The translations under genes and the position numbers were made by a program. This document shows positions 1 to 9,922 of a stretch of 64,000 nucleotides of DNA, piece by piece. The stretch comes from Oceanospirillaceae bacterium (lineage in GTDB: Bacteria > Pseudomonadota > Gammaproteobacteria > Pseudomonadales > Balneatricaceae). Position 1 is the first letter of the stretch. Every line of letters begins with the position of its first letter. The notes under the pieces were generated by a model. That model worked only from the letters and a program-made list of their open reading frames with translations. It ran no database searches and was not told where the DNA came from. The DNA lies in assembly GCA_018647765.1 (NCBI GenBank), contig JABGSN010000030.1, positions 549 through 64,548 on the forward strand. The letters run 5' to 3'.

Positions 1-857
1 GACCGCTGGTCTGAGGGTTCCATTAATATGTAATAACCCCAAGGTTTAGGGATGCGTAACCGTTCATTAAACGGCGCTACCAAACGCTTGGTGCTAATTA
101 AGTCTTCTACAAACTCGCTCCAGCCCAAAGCCATACCTTGGCCCGCTTCGGCGGCACTGTATAACATGGGGATATTGTTAAACTCGATACTGGTGCGAAG
201 GCCCTTTAGCGGGCTATGTTGATCAATGAGCCAGTCTTGCCACTTAACCCAGCGCCATTGATTATCATCTAGATCGATGAGGGGTACTTGAGTTAATTGA
301 GACAAGTGGGAGAGCTGATGTTGCTCGGCCATGGCGGGGCTACATACGGGATAAATATCGCCAGACAACAAATACGTCGACTCGGTTTTAGACCATGTGT
401 TGTCGCCGTACTTAATAGCAATGTCGGCATCTTCGTCTACGCCGCCTAAGTGGTTCTCTGAGGTGAGTATTCTTAGGTCGATGTTGGGGTGTTGTTGGAT
501 AAAGCGCCCTAATTTGGGCAATAACCACATTTGTGCAAACGCGGTGGTGGCCGCCACGGTAACGGTTTTTATGGCAGACGGGGAGTTCAGTTGCTCCACG
601 GCATCGGCAATTTGGCCCAGCCCAGAGGCAACCGCTTGGTAGAGTAATTTGCCTTCTGAGCTCAAGCGCAAGGAACGGTGTTGACGCACAAACAACAAGT
701 GGCCTAAACGTTGTTCTAGGTTGGCGATTTGTTTGCTAATTGCCGCTTGGCTCAAATTGAGTTCGACCGCCGCGCGGGTAAAACTCAGGTGACGAGCGCT
801 GGCCTCAAACATAATTAAGCTGTTGGGTGACGGAATTTGTTTGAGTCTTGATATCAT
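1..857 (-). CDS. LysR-family (GcvA-like) transcriptional regulator, 3' end runs off the window
   Basis: Not in the ORF track. Hand translation from ATG at 857 gives MISRLKQIPSPNSLIMFEASARHLSFTRAAVELNLSQAAISKQIANLEQRLG (LysR HTH); the same frame reads ...KPWGYYILMEPSDQRS at the window edge. Divergent from mttB. Confidence 0.9.
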   Translation of the reverse strand, partial: MISRLKQIPSPNSLIMFEASARHLSFTRAAVELNLSQAAISKQIANLEQRLGHLLFVRQHRSLRLSSEGKLLYQAVASGLGQIADAVEQLNSPSAIKTVTVAATTAFAQMWLLPKLGRFIQQHPNIDLRILTSENHLGGVDEDADIAIKYGDNTWSKTESTYLLSGDIYPVCSPAMAEQHQLSHLSQLTQVPLIDLDDNQWRWVKWQDWLIDQHSPLKGLRTSIEFNNIPMLYSAAEAGQGMALGWSEFVEDLISTKRLVAPFNERLRIPKPWGYYILMEPSDQR

Positions 858-929
858 AACTTTTTGTTATTCAACGCTGTGTTATTAAAAGATTGTTATG
901 GCGCTAAAGAGAGCAAGTTAACATAACAA
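856..929. promoter_or_regulatory. Candidate LysR binding sites in the divergent promoter
   Basis: ATAAC-N5-GTTAT dyad at 856-870 (fits T-N11-A, overlaps the LysR start codon) and TTGTTATG-N21-CATAACAA inverted repeat at 893-929. Confidence 0.4.
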
Positions 930-1159
930 AAGAGTGAAGATCAATGCCTGTATAAGCACTGTATAAAGATAATTTTACCAGTCGAGATGGCGCGAATTTT
1001 TGGCACAAGAGCTAGGTGTGTAAGGGTCTAGTTAAATAACCACAGGTTATCCAGCGCATACCTTTTTGTCGTTTGACAGGCCGCCGTAGTGCCCCTAGCA
1101 TCAAACACATTGTGGCTGCTAATACAGCCCTTTGTTGACTAAAATAGGGGCGTTAAAGC

Positions 1160-2704
1160 ATGGCACCAAAAATAGGCAGTACTCATCGGCGTAGGGCCGG
1201 TGGCCGCACGGGTAAACAAAAAAACATTGAGCCGCTGCAAGGCCCTGCTTATTTAAAACGGGAAATCCCTATCTATGAAATGCTTAATGAAGAAGCATTA
1301 AAAAAGATAGAAGACAATGCCGATGCCATTTTGGAAGAAGTGGGTATTGAGTTTAAAGAAGACGAAGAAGTACTGGAAATCTGGCGTCAGGCAGGCTGTG
1401 ACGTGCAGGGTGATCGCGTACGCTTTAAAAAAGGCATGTTACGCTCCATCATCAACGCAACTTCGCCCAAACAATTTACTCAACATGCCCGTAACCCCGC
1501 CCACTCTATAGAGATTGGCGGCGATAATATGTGTTTTTTCCCCTGTTATGGTTCGCCGTTTGTACACGACCTTGATCAAGGCCGTCGCTACTCCAAAAAT
1601 GAAGACTTTAAAAACTTTATTAAGTTAGCCCACATGTCGCCCTGGTTACACCATTCTGGTGGCACTATTGTTGAGCCTATGGACTTGCCGGTAAACAAGC
1701 GCCACTTTGATATGGTGTATAACCACATTAAGTACAGCGACAAGTGCTTTATGGGGTCGGTAACGGCACCAGAACGGGCGCAAGACTCCATTGATATGGC
1801 GCGCATTTTGTTTGGAGAAGAGTTTTTGGAAAACAATTGCGGCATTATTAGCGTTATTAACGTTAACTCCCCGTTGACCTACGATGGCACCATGCTAGGT
1901 GCATTAAAAACCTATGCCAAGGCTAATCAAGCGGTTATCGTGACGCCCTTTATTCTTATGGGGGCCATGGGGCCTGTGACCTTAGCGGGAGCTTTGTCTC
2001 AGGTATTGGCCGAAGCGATGGCAGGCCTAGCCCTCATTCAACTCATTCGCCCGGGGGCGCCTGGGGTGTTTGGCACCTTTACCAGTTCTATGTCTTTAAG
2101 GTCTGGTGCGCCTACCTTTGGTATGCCTGAACCTGCTCTTGGTTATATTGCCTTTGGCCAATTAGCTAAACGCTTAGGTGTACCCTTACGTGGTGGCGGC
2201 TCCTTAACCGCCTCTAAAATCCCCGATGCCCAAGCTGCACAAGAAAGTGCCGATACACTGTTTCCTACTATGTTGGCAGGTATTAACGTGGTGTTTCAAG
2301 CGGCCGGTTGGTTAGAGGGCGGCCTCACCATGGGTTACGAAAAGTTTATTTTGGATACCGATCACTTGGGCATGATGCACACCATTGCCAAGGGCATAGA
2401 CGTGAGCGACAACGGCCTAGCTTTGAGTGCTTATCACGAAGTGCCACCGGGGCAGCATCATTTGGGCACCGCCCACACCATGGCTAATTATAAAACCGCG
2501 TTTTATGACTCCAGCACCGCCAACCACGAATCCTTTGAACAATGGCAAGAGGAAGGCAGCTTAACGGCAGCGCAACGGGCTAACCGCATCTATAAACAAA
2601 TGCTCAATGATTATGAGCTACCGCCCCTAGATGCCGATATAGACGCCCGTTTACAAGACTATATGCAACAACGAAAAGACTCATTCCCAGACTCTAACGT
2701 CTAA
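1160..2704 (+). CDS. Trimethylamine methyltransferase (MttB) superfamily protein, non-pyrrolysine, MtgB/glycine-betaine methyltransferase-like
   Basis: 514 aa; motifs NVNSPL, GAMGPVT, SKIPDAQAAQES, AAGWLEGGL. Leu occupies the apparent Pyl position (GGSLTASK); no in-frame TAG. Confidence 0.85.
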   Translation: MAPKIGSTHRRRAGGRTGKQKNIEPLQGPAYLKREIPIYEMLNEEALKKIEDNADAILEEVGIEFKEDEEVLEIWRQAGCDVQGDRVRFKKGMLRSIINATSPKQFTQHARNPAHSIEIGGDNMCFFPCYGSPFVHDLDQGRRYSKNEDFKNFIKLAHMSPWLHHSGGTIVEPMDLPVNKRHFDMVYNHIKYSDKCFMGSVTAPERAQDSIDMARILFGEEFLENNCGIISVINVNSPLTYDGTMLGALKTYAKANQAVIVTPFILMGAMGPVTLAGALSQVLAEAMAGLALIQLIRPGAPGVFGTFTSSMSLRSGAPTFGMPEPALGYIAFGQLAKRLGVPLRGGGSLTASKIPDAQAAQESADTLFPTMLAGINVVFQAAGWLEGGLTMGYEKFILDTDHLGMMHTIAKGIDVSDNGLALSAYHEVPPGQHHLGTAHTMANYKTAFYDSSTANHESFEQWQEEGSLTAAQRANRIYKQMLNDYELPPLDADIDARLQDYMQQRKDSFPDSNV

Positions 2705-2726
2705 CCTAATATTTGGAGCAGTATCC

Positions 2727-5147
2727 ATGGAAACCCAAGCAAGAGTAGTGATTATTGGTGGCGGCGTAGTTGGCTGCTCCATATTGTTTCATTTAGCCAA
2801 ATTTGGCTGGAGCGATGTGGTGTTGTTGGAGCGTTCGGAGCTGACTTCTGGCTCGTCCTGGCACGCTGCTGGGCAAACTCATACCATCAGTTCGGACCCA
2901 AATATTTCACGCTTGCAAAGCTACACCCTAAAACTCTATGAAGAGTTAGAGGTTTTATCGGGCCAATCCTGTGGCTTACATACCACCGGTGGTATTTATT
3001 TAGCCGCCACGCCAGAGCGCCTAGACTTTTTAAAACAAGAGCGCTCTAAAGCTCGTTATATGGGCCTAGACCAAGAGTTTATCTCCTTGGAAGAGGCCGC
3101 CAAAATGCACCCGTTGATCGATCCATCCAAATACCTTGGTGCGCTGTATGATCCTATTGATGGGCATGTGGACCCTTCGGGGGTAACTTATGCCTATGCT
3201 AAGGCCGCCCGTCATTATGGCGCCTCTTATCATCGCAACTGCCCCGTGTTAGAAACCAACCCCCGCGCCGATGGCACTTGGGATGTGGTGACCGCCCAAG
3301 GCACTATCCATGCCGAACATGTGGTTAACGCCGCCGGCCTTTGGGCCAGAGAAGTGGGCCATTTAGCAGGCATCGATTTGCCTGTGCAGCCTATGGAGCA
3401 TCATTACCTAATTACCGATACCATCGCCGAAATTGCTTCTCATCCGCATGAATTGCCGGGCGCCATCGATTACGAAGGCAACCTCTACTGCCGTCAAGAA
3501 GGCCAAGGTTTATTGTTGGGCACTTACGAAGCCATAAGCACACCGTGGATGGTAAAAGGTACCCCCAAGGACTTTGGCCATGAACTGCTTAACGAAAACC
3601 TAGATGCCATTGCCGAACGTCTAGAAGTGGCCTTTGACCGTATGCCCGCCTTAGGACGTGCAGGCATTAAGAAGGTGGTTAACGGGCCTTTCACCTTTGG
3701 CCCCGATGGCAACCCCATGATTGGCCCTGTACCTGGCTTACGCAATTACTGGAGCGCCGTTGGCGTTATGGCTGGTTTCTGCCAAGCCGGTGGTGTGGGT
3801 AAGAGCTTGGCTGAGTGGATGATAGAAGGGGAACCAGAAATCGACCCTTGGGCCATGGATATTGCCCGTTTTGGCGAGTTTGCCACGCGTGAATATGGCA
3901 CAAGTAAAGCCTCAGAAAACTATAGCCGCAGGTTTATTCTAACCTACCCTAACGAAGAACTACCGGTGATGCGCAAGCAAAAAACCACGGCGCTGTATGA
4001 TCGTTTGGTAGCCAAGGGCGCGGTAATGGGGGCAAGTTTTGGTTTAGAAAATGCACTTTGGTTTGCCGATGGCCCAGAAAACGCCATAGAAACACCTACC
4101 TTGCGGCGCTCTAATGCCTTTCCTTATGTGGCTGAAGAAGTAAAAGCCGTGCGCGAGCGCGTAGGAGCCATAGAAATTGCCAACTTTGCCAAACACGAAA
4201 TCAAAGGCCCGGGTGCAGAGCAGTTCTTAGACCGTATCTTGGCCTGTAAGCTGCCAAAAGTAGGCCGCTTAACGCTAACACCTATGCTTACACCAAGTGG
4301 CAAACTATACGGCGATCTTACGGTAGCGCGTATGGATGCAGAGACCTTTTACCTGTTTGGCTCGGGCACTGCCCAAGAGATGCACCGGCGTTGGTTTGAA
4401 CAGCATATGCCAGCTACAGGGGTGAGCTACCGCAACCGCTCCGATGAATTGCATGGCATTTCTATCTCTGGGCCACAGTCCCGCGAGTTGTTGTCGCGCA
4501 TTTGCCGCGATGACGTAAGTAATGAAGGCTTAAAGTTCCGTGATCTACGCCGCACCTCCGTAGCAGGAGTGCCGGTTATATTGGCACGGGTTTCGTTTTC
4601 CGGTGAGTTAGGTTACGAAATTTACTGTGCACCACAATACCAGTTGAAGCTTTATGAAAGCTTGTCTGAAGCGGGCGAGGACTTAGGCCTAAGGTTTTAC
4701 GGTAACCGTGCCCTTATGTCCATGCGTTTGGAGAAAAGCTGGGGTGTTTGGACGTTAGAATTTAGGCCAGACTTTACTCCCGCCCAATCGGGCATGGATG
4801 CATTTATCGCCTTCGATAAAGAGGCCGACTTTATTGGTAAACAAGCCGCAATGCTAGAACGCGAGCAAGGCCCAGATAAAAAGTTAGTGACCTTAGTGGT
4901 GGCGACAGAAGGTTTGGATTGTATTCACGATGAAGCCATCTTCCACAATGGCACCTGTGTAGGCTATGTAACATCGGGAGGCTATGCCCACCATGTACAG
5001 CAAAGCGTGGCCATGGGTTATGTGCCAGCAGAATTAGCCCAAGATGGTGCTGTGTTCGAAATCGAAATGCTAGGCGAAATGCACCAAGCCACATATACTG
5101 CCACGCCTTTGTATGACCCTGCTGGTAACAAGATCAGAGGCGCTTAA
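2727..5147 (+). CDS. Dimethylglycine dehydrogenase-like FAD-dependent oxidoreductase (DAO + GcvT folate-binding domains)
   Basis: 806 aa; GGGVVG FAD motif, ELTSGSSWHAAG (flavinylation His region), NGPFTFGPDG, GcvT C-terminus (SFSGELGYEI, RLEKS, VTSGGY). Confidence 0.85.
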   Translation: METQARVVIIGGGVVGCSILFHLAKFGWSDVVLLERSELTSGSSWHAAGQTHTISSDPNISRLQSYTLKLYEELEVLSGQSCGLHTTGGIYLAATPERLDFLKQERSKARYMGLDQEFISLEEAAKMHPLIDPSKYLGALYDPIDGHVDPSGVTYAYAKAARHYGASYHRNCPVLETNPRADGTWDVVTAQGTIHAEHVVNAAGLWAREVGHLAGIDLPVQPMEHHYLITDTIAEIASHPHELPGAIDYEGNLYCRQEGQGLLLGTYEAISTPWMVKGTPKDFGHELLNENLDAIAERLEVAFDRMPALGRAGIKKVVNGPFTFGPDGNPMIGPVPGLRNYWSAVGVMAGFCQAGGVGKSLAEWMIEGEPEIDPWAMDIARFGEFATREYGTSKASENYSRRFILTYPNEELPVMRKQKTTALYDRLVAKGAVMGASFGLENALWFADGPENAIETPTLRRSNAFPYVAEEVKAVRERVGAIEIANFAKHEIKGPGAEQFLDRILACKLPKVGRLTLTPMLTPSGKLYGDLTVARMDAETFYLFGSGTAQEMHRRWFEQHMPATGVSYRNRSDELHGISISGPQSRELLSRICRDDVSNEGLKFRDLRRTSVAGVPVILARVSFSGELGYEIYCAPQYQLKLYESLSEAGEDLGLRFYGNRALMSMRLEKSWGVWTLEFRPDFTPAQSGMDAFIAFDKEADFIGKQAAMLEREQGPDKKLVTLVVATEGLDCIHDEAIFHNGTCVGYVTSGGYAHHVQQSVAMGYVPAELAQDGAVFEIEMLGEMHQATYTATPLYDPAGNKIRGA

Positions 5148-5155
5148 TTTACGGG

Positions 5156-5231
5156 TGTTTTTACGAGCAAAGCGAAGCAATCCAATGCCGCGGTCTGTGG
5201 ATTGCCACGTCGCTGCGCTTCTCGCAATGAC
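5156..5231. repeat. REP-like palindromic element, copy A
   Basis: GCGAAGCAATCCA-spacer-TGGATTGCCACGTCGCTGCGCTTCTCGCAATGAC; same arms as copies B, D, F and I. Confidence 0.85.
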
Positions 5232-5333
5232 AGGGGGTGGAACAGTATCTTACTCCCAATGTCGTAGTTTCATATTGGCTTGTGTCGGTTAGTATGAGGT
5301 ACTAACTATTTTGTACAGATCTAGGATGAGTTA

Positions 5334-7223
5334 ATGAGCTACGCGGCATCGTATCAGCAGGCCCTCACACAACCCAATTTATTTTGGCAACAACAAGCCA
5401 ACCGCTTACCGTGGTTTAAGGCCCCCACGAAGATGGTGGATACCAGTCAAACAGCCACAGGGCGCTGGTTTACAGACGGCGTAATGAATACCTGTTACAT
5501 GGCCCTAGACCATCACGTGGCCAATGGCCGTGGTGATCAAGTGGCTATATATTACGACTCACCCGTAACCAACACCCAATCTAGCCTCACCTATAGTCAG
5601 TTGTTGCGTCAGGTGTGCCTGTTTGCTAGCGCTTTGCGTGATCAAGGCGTGAAAAAAGGCGACCGGGTGGTGATTTATATGCCCATGGTAATGGAAGCCT
5701 CGATTGCTATGTTGGCTTGCGCGCGTTTAGGCGCAGTGCATTCAGTAGTGTTTGGCGGTTTTGCTGCGGCCGAGTTAGCCGTACGTATTGACGACGCTCA
5801 ACCGACGGCAATTATTAGCGCCTCTTGCGGTATTGAAGTGGCCAAAGTGATTGCTTATAAACCTTTGTTGGATGAAGCCTTAGACCTGGCTCAACATAAA
5901 GTGAAAAGCGTAGTGGTATTGCAACGGCCACAGTTAGAGGCCGATTTACAAGCAGGACGAGACCACGATTGGCTCAGTCTTATGGCCCAAGCACAAATTA
6001 GAAATGATGTGGTCGAGGCCGTGTCGGTACTCGCCACAGACCCGCTGTATATTCTCTATACGTCGGGCACTACCGGCAAGCCTAAAGGCATCGTACGCGA
6101 CAATGGTGGCCATGCGGTGGTCCTCAACTACACCATGAAAGCCATCTACAACATGGATGCCGGCGACGTATTTTGGGCCGCCTCTGACGTGGGTTGGGTG
6201 GTAGGCCATGCCTACATTGTTTATGGTCCCTTGATTGCCGGTTGTACGAGTATTTTGTACGAAGGCAAGCCGGTAATGACGCCTGATGCAGGTGCCTTTT
6301 GGCGCGTCATCGAAGAGTATAAGGTTAAAGCTATTTTCTCTGCGCCAACGGCATTCCGTGCTATTAAAAAAGAAGACCCACAAGGCGAGTTACTCAAAAA
6401 ATATGACTTAAGCAGTTTAGAAACCGTCTTTATGGCGGGTGAACGATTAGACCCCCCAACCTACGATTGGGCTGTAGAAACCATTGGTCGTCCGGTAGTG
6501 GATCACTGGTGGCAAACAGAAACTGGTTGGTCCATCTGTGCTAACCCTGTGGGTCTGGATGATTTACCTGCCAAGCCAGGTTCGTCTACGGTGCCTATCG
6601 CCGGGTACGATTTACATGTGTTGTCTGATGCAGGGGAGCCTGTAGAGGCTAATGTAAAAGGCAACATTGCCTTAAAACTACCATTGCCTCCAGGCTGTTT
6701 GGTGGGTATTTGGGGCGACGAAGGCCGTTTGCACGACTCTTACCTTAAAGAGTTCCCGGGTTACTACACCTCCGGCGATGGCGGATACCTAGATGACGAT
6801 GGTTATGTGTTTATTATGGGTCGCACCGACGATGTTATTAATATTGCTGGCCACCGTTTGTCTACCGGCGAAATGGAAGAAGTTGTGGGTGCCCATGAGT
6901 TGGTGGCGGAGTGCGCTGTGGTGGGTGTTCAAGACCCATTAAAAGGCCAGTTGCCTATGGCATTGGTATTGCTCAAGGCGGGTGTACAAATAGACGACCC
7001 GCAACTCGGCAAAGAGCTGGCAGCGATGTTGCGTAAAACCATTGGCCCTATTGCGGTACTTAAAAGCGCTCACATCGTGCCGCGCTTACCAAAAACCAGA
7101 TCGGGTAAGATACTTCGCAAAATTATTCGCAATATTGCTAATGGCGAAGACTATGTGGTGCCTTCCACGATAGACGATCCTGCCAGCTTAGATGAAATTA
7201 AAGTGTTGGTGAGTAGTCAATAA
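5334..7223 (+). CDS. prpE: Propionyl-CoA synthetase / short-chain acyl-CoA ligase
   Basis: 629 aa; YTSGTTGKPKG AMP-binding motif, YDSPVT, DHWWQTETGW, LPKTRSGKILR. Confidence 0.8.
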   Translation: MSYAASYQQALTQPNLFWQQQANRLPWFKAPTKMVDTSQTATGRWFTDGVMNTCYMALDHHVANGRGDQVAIYYDSPVTNTQSSLTYSQLLRQVCLFASALRDQGVKKGDRVVIYMPMVMEASIAMLACARLGAVHSVVFGGFAAAELAVRIDDAQPTAIISASCGIEVAKVIAYKPLLDEALDLAQHKVKSVVVLQRPQLEADLQAGRDHDWLSLMAQAQIRNDVVEAVSVLATDPLYILYTSGTTGKPKGIVRDNGGHAVVLNYTMKAIYNMDAGDVFWAASDVGWVVGHAYIVYGPLIAGCTSILYEGKPVMTPDAGAFWRVIEEYKVKAIFSAPTAFRAIKKEDPQGELLKKYDLSSLETVFMAGERLDPPTYDWAVETIGRPVVDHWWQTETGWSICANPVGLDDLPAKPGSSTVPIAGYDLHVLSDAGEPVEANVKGNIALKLPLPPGCLVGIWGDEGRLHDSYLKEFPGYYTSGDGGYLDDDGYVFIMGRTDDVINIAGHRLSTGEMEEVVGAHELVAECAVVGVQDPLKGQLPMALVLLKAGVQIDDPQLGKELAAMLRKTIGPIAVLKSAHIVPRLPKTRSGKILRKIIRNIANGEDYVVPSTIDDPASLDEIKVLVSSQ

Positions 7224-7243
7224 CGACCCTAGTAGCTGCTATT

Positions 7244-7831
7244 TTAGTGGCAATGCTGATCTACCAGCGCTTGTAATAGGTCTACGAAGTAGGCGAAGTC
7301 ATAGGTTTGTAGGTCGGCTACTTTGCCGGCGTCGTCCAGTAAGCGCACTTGGATAATGTCTTGCAAGTGCGGATTAGCTTCAAACTCAGCCACTTCGGTG
7401 GCCGACATAGGGCCGCCTTGTAAGTGTAATGAGTGTACCGAGGCAACGCTGAGTTGTGAGAAGTACTCGCTACGGGTGGCGCAAAGGTATCGTTTGGCTG
7501 CCACATGATGGCGTACGCACTGAGTCACCTTTTCTGGAAAAAATGGCGCTAGCACCTTGGCACCAAACACTTCGTGTTGCCGGTCATGGGTGTCGGTCAT
7601 GGCAAAGGTGCCAAATTCACTGGTGAAATGGCCAATGTCATGTAATAAGGCCGCTGCAATAACGGTATTAGACAGGCCTTGATGTACTGCAAGGGAGGCA
7701 CCTTGTAACATATGTTGAGCCATTGTTACCGGTTCACCTAAATATTCTTCTTCCCCACAAAACTCAAAAACATCACCCAAATGGGCCACAATATTGCTGG
7801 TCGTAAGTTGCTTAAAGCGGCTTTTCATCAA
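7244..7831 (-). CDS. tmpB: HD-domain diiron oxygenase (PhnZ/TmpB family), likely hydroxy-trimethylaminoethylphosphonate oxygenase
   Basis: 195 aa; HMLQ...ALLHDIGHF, HE, RHHV, DDAGK ligand pattern; ATGA overlap with the TmpA-like gene. Confidence 0.75.
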   Translation of the reverse strand: MMKSRFKQLTTSNIVAHLGDVFEFCGEEEYLGEPVTMAQHMLQGASLAVHQGLSNTVIAAALLHDIGHFTSEFGTFAMTDTHDRQHEVFGAKVLAPFFPEKVTQCVRHHVAAKRYLCATRSEYFSQLSVASVHSLHLQGGPMSATEVAEFEANPHLQDIIQVRLLDDAGKVADLQTYDFAYFVDLLQALVDQHCH

Positions 7832-8964
7832 CCTTCTCCTAGCACATTGTTGAGCACGGCTAAACGCGAGCGTAAGCCATCCATGTCGGTATAACAGCCT
7901 TGTAGCCAGCGTGTACCTGCCCCAGAAAATGCCTTGCGAGCATGTAGCACACGGGTATTGTCGATCACAAAACAGTCGCCTGGATTAAGCCTAAAACCCA
8001 CTTCCGAGTTCGGGTGATCTATAATTTCGCCCAGTCGCCGATAGGCGGCATAGTAGTCTGCCATATGTTCAAAAGGAATGTCGGTAAAGGGGGCGGCCGA
8101 GCGGTTGTTAAAGCGTATGCCTTGTAATTGGCCGTCGGGTGCCAGCTCAATCATGGGCCGCTTAGACTGCAAACACGCATCGGCTTCGCCAGCATACTCA
8201 AAGCGCGCACAATAACGGCTTAATAAATCAAAACCGTGGGGGTTTTCTTGTTGTAGTTGCCTGGCTGCGTTAAAACCATCCACCAACACATTGTCACCAC
8301 CGGGTGCTGAGCTTTCAAGGCAATAGAGCACCTGCATGGTGGGCACAGGATCGCGGTAGGGGTTGTCTGTGTGGGCCTGCAAGGCTAAGCCGGTAAACGC
8401 CAAATTGGTGGGTTTTTCTTCAACTCGCACTTCAAAAATACGGCCGTAGTTGGTGTCCCTCACATGGCCAAATAAATCCACCACTTGAGTTAACGCACCT
8501 GCCTTTATTGGGCCTCCATTGAGCTTGGCAAAACCAAAGCGAGCAATGCCCGCAAGCCATGCTTGTAAGGCTTGAGGCGAACTTGAAACGGCATCAAAGT
8601 CGGCGACCGGTAGGTGGCCCATGAGGTTGTTATCCCACAGGCTTTGGTTAGCGGGATGCCAACCTTTGGTGCTCGCTTGTGGTGTGTCGTAAGCGTGGGC
8701 CGCCAGCCAAGCTAATGGAAAGGCGACTGTTTTTTGCTCTGGCATAAAAGTAACGTGCAATGCCTCTGCCAGCACTTGGGCATGGCTCATGTAGGTGCTC
8801 ACGTCGATGTCGCGTAAGGCGATTAAACGTTGGCCGTTGGTGCTGCTTTTGGTAGCGTCATCTAAGGCGTTGTCGCGCAGCCAAATGGCATGAAAACGTG
8901 TGGTGTTGTTGGCGATTGTGAGGCTTACAACGAGCCCGTCTGAGCTCAAAGAGGCGCAAGACAT
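7828..8964 (-). CDS. tmpA: Fe(II)/2-oxoglutarate dioxygenase, gamma-butyrobetaine-hydroxylase-like (TmpA family)
   Basis: 378 aa; N-terminal FHAIWLRDN...NGQRL, HTD motif (QAHTDNPYRDP), DNTRVLHAR, RWLQGCY; paired with an HD oxygenase as in tmpAB. Confidence 0.75.
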   Translation of the reverse strand: MSCASLSSDGLVVSLTIANNTTRFHAIWLRDNALDDATKSSTNGQRLIALRDIDVSTYMSHAQVLAEALHVTFMPEQKTVAFPLAWLAAHAYDTPQASTKGWHPANQSLWDNNLMGHLPVADFDAVSSSPQALQAWLAGIARFGFAKLNGGPIKAGALTQVVDLFGHVRDTNYGRIFEVRVEEKPTNLAFTGLALQAHTDNPYRDPVPTMQVLYCLESSAPGGDNVLVDGFNAARQLQQENPHGFDLLSRYCARFEYAGEADACLQSKRPMIELAPDGQLQGIRFNNRSAAPFTDIPFEHMADYYAAYRRLGEIIDHPNSEVGFRLNPGDCFVIDNTRVLHARKAFSGAGTRWLQGCYTDMDGLRSRLAVLNNVLGEG

Positions 8965-9058
8965 ACAAATTCCCTAGTTGATGTTGATCATGGCAGTTTA
9001 AGTGAGATGTAACATAAGTTATATTTACTTAAATTAATACTAAGATGTTGTTTTGGTT

Positions 9059-9910
9059 ATGGCAGATGACAAATTTAACGACTTGCCTCTGGAATGGGTA
9101 CGAGCGTTTGAGGCCGCTGGGCGCTTAGGTAGTTTTACCGCAGCAGCGAAGGAAACGGGCTTAACTCAGGCCGCCATAAGTCAGCGTATCGGTTATTTAG
9201 AGCGCCGTTTGGCGTATAAGTTATTTGTACGAAAACCCAGAGGCGTGGCCTTAACTGTACATGGCGAAGCTTGGTTGCCCTATGTTTCCAGTGGCCTTAA
9301 TAGTATTGGTCAAAGCTCGGCACAACTGTTTGGTTTACGGCGCACGCAACTGACCATTGCCGCCAGTGCTTCGGTGATTCAACATTGGTTAATGCCGCGT
9401 TTAGCGAGTACCAGCAAACCCTTGCATTTAACCTTTAGCACTATGGTGGTGGAGGCCGACTTTAAGCAGCAAACTGCAGACGTGGAAGTGAGGTATGGCA
9501 CTGGTCAGTGGCCCAACCGTACCTGCACGCCGTTATTTACCGAGCAGCTCACGCCCTTGGCGAGTCCAGCGTTGTTGGCCAGCGTGCAACATTGGCAACA
9601 ATTACCCAAAATAGCCGTGTCTGGGCCGCGCCTGGGTTGGCACGATTGGGCGCAATGGTCTGGTGATGTAGCAAGCCCCATGGCGCACTATCGATTCGAC
9701 TCACAAACCTGTGCCTTGGCGGCAGCGCAACAAGGCTTGGGTGTGGTGTTGGCGTCCTTGCCCTTGGCGCAACAGTCACTTAAGTTTGGTGCGCTGGTGG
9801 AGTTATCGCCGCAACGTCTCGCTAGTACTGCGGGGCCTTGGTTAACAGCGCCCAAAGACCAACTTTCTCAACTGGACTGGCAGCAGTTAAACGACTTATT
9901 TTGTAGCTAG
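9059..9910 (+). CDS. LysR-family regulator divergent from tmpAB
   Basis: LPLEWVRAFEAAGRLGSFTAAAKETGLTQAAISQRI HTH; ATG at 9059 preferred over TTG at 9053. Confidence 0.9.
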   Translation: MADDKFNDLPLEWVRAFEAAGRLGSFTAAAKETGLTQAAISQRIGYLERRLAYKLFVRKPRGVALTVHGEAWLPYVSSGLNSIGQSSAQLFGLRRTQLTIAASASVIQHWLMPRLASTSKPLHLTFSTMVVEADFKQQTADVEVRYGTGQWPNRTCTPLFTEQLTPLASPALLASVQHWQQLPKIAVSGPRLGWHDWAQWSGDVASPMAHYRFDSQTCALAAAQQGLGVVLASLPLAQQSLKFGALVELSPQRLASTAGPWLTAPKDQLSQLDWQQLNDLFCS

Positions 9911-9922
9911 TGTTCGATCTGC

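Noticed and set aside
946-985. LexA/SOS boxes at the CTGTATA repeats (also near 23753)
   Set aside because: None completes CTGT-N8-ACAG.
1160-2704. Pyrrolysine recoding in the MttB-family gene
   Set aside because: The ORF is open with no in-frame TAG, and Leu sits at the apparent Pyl position.
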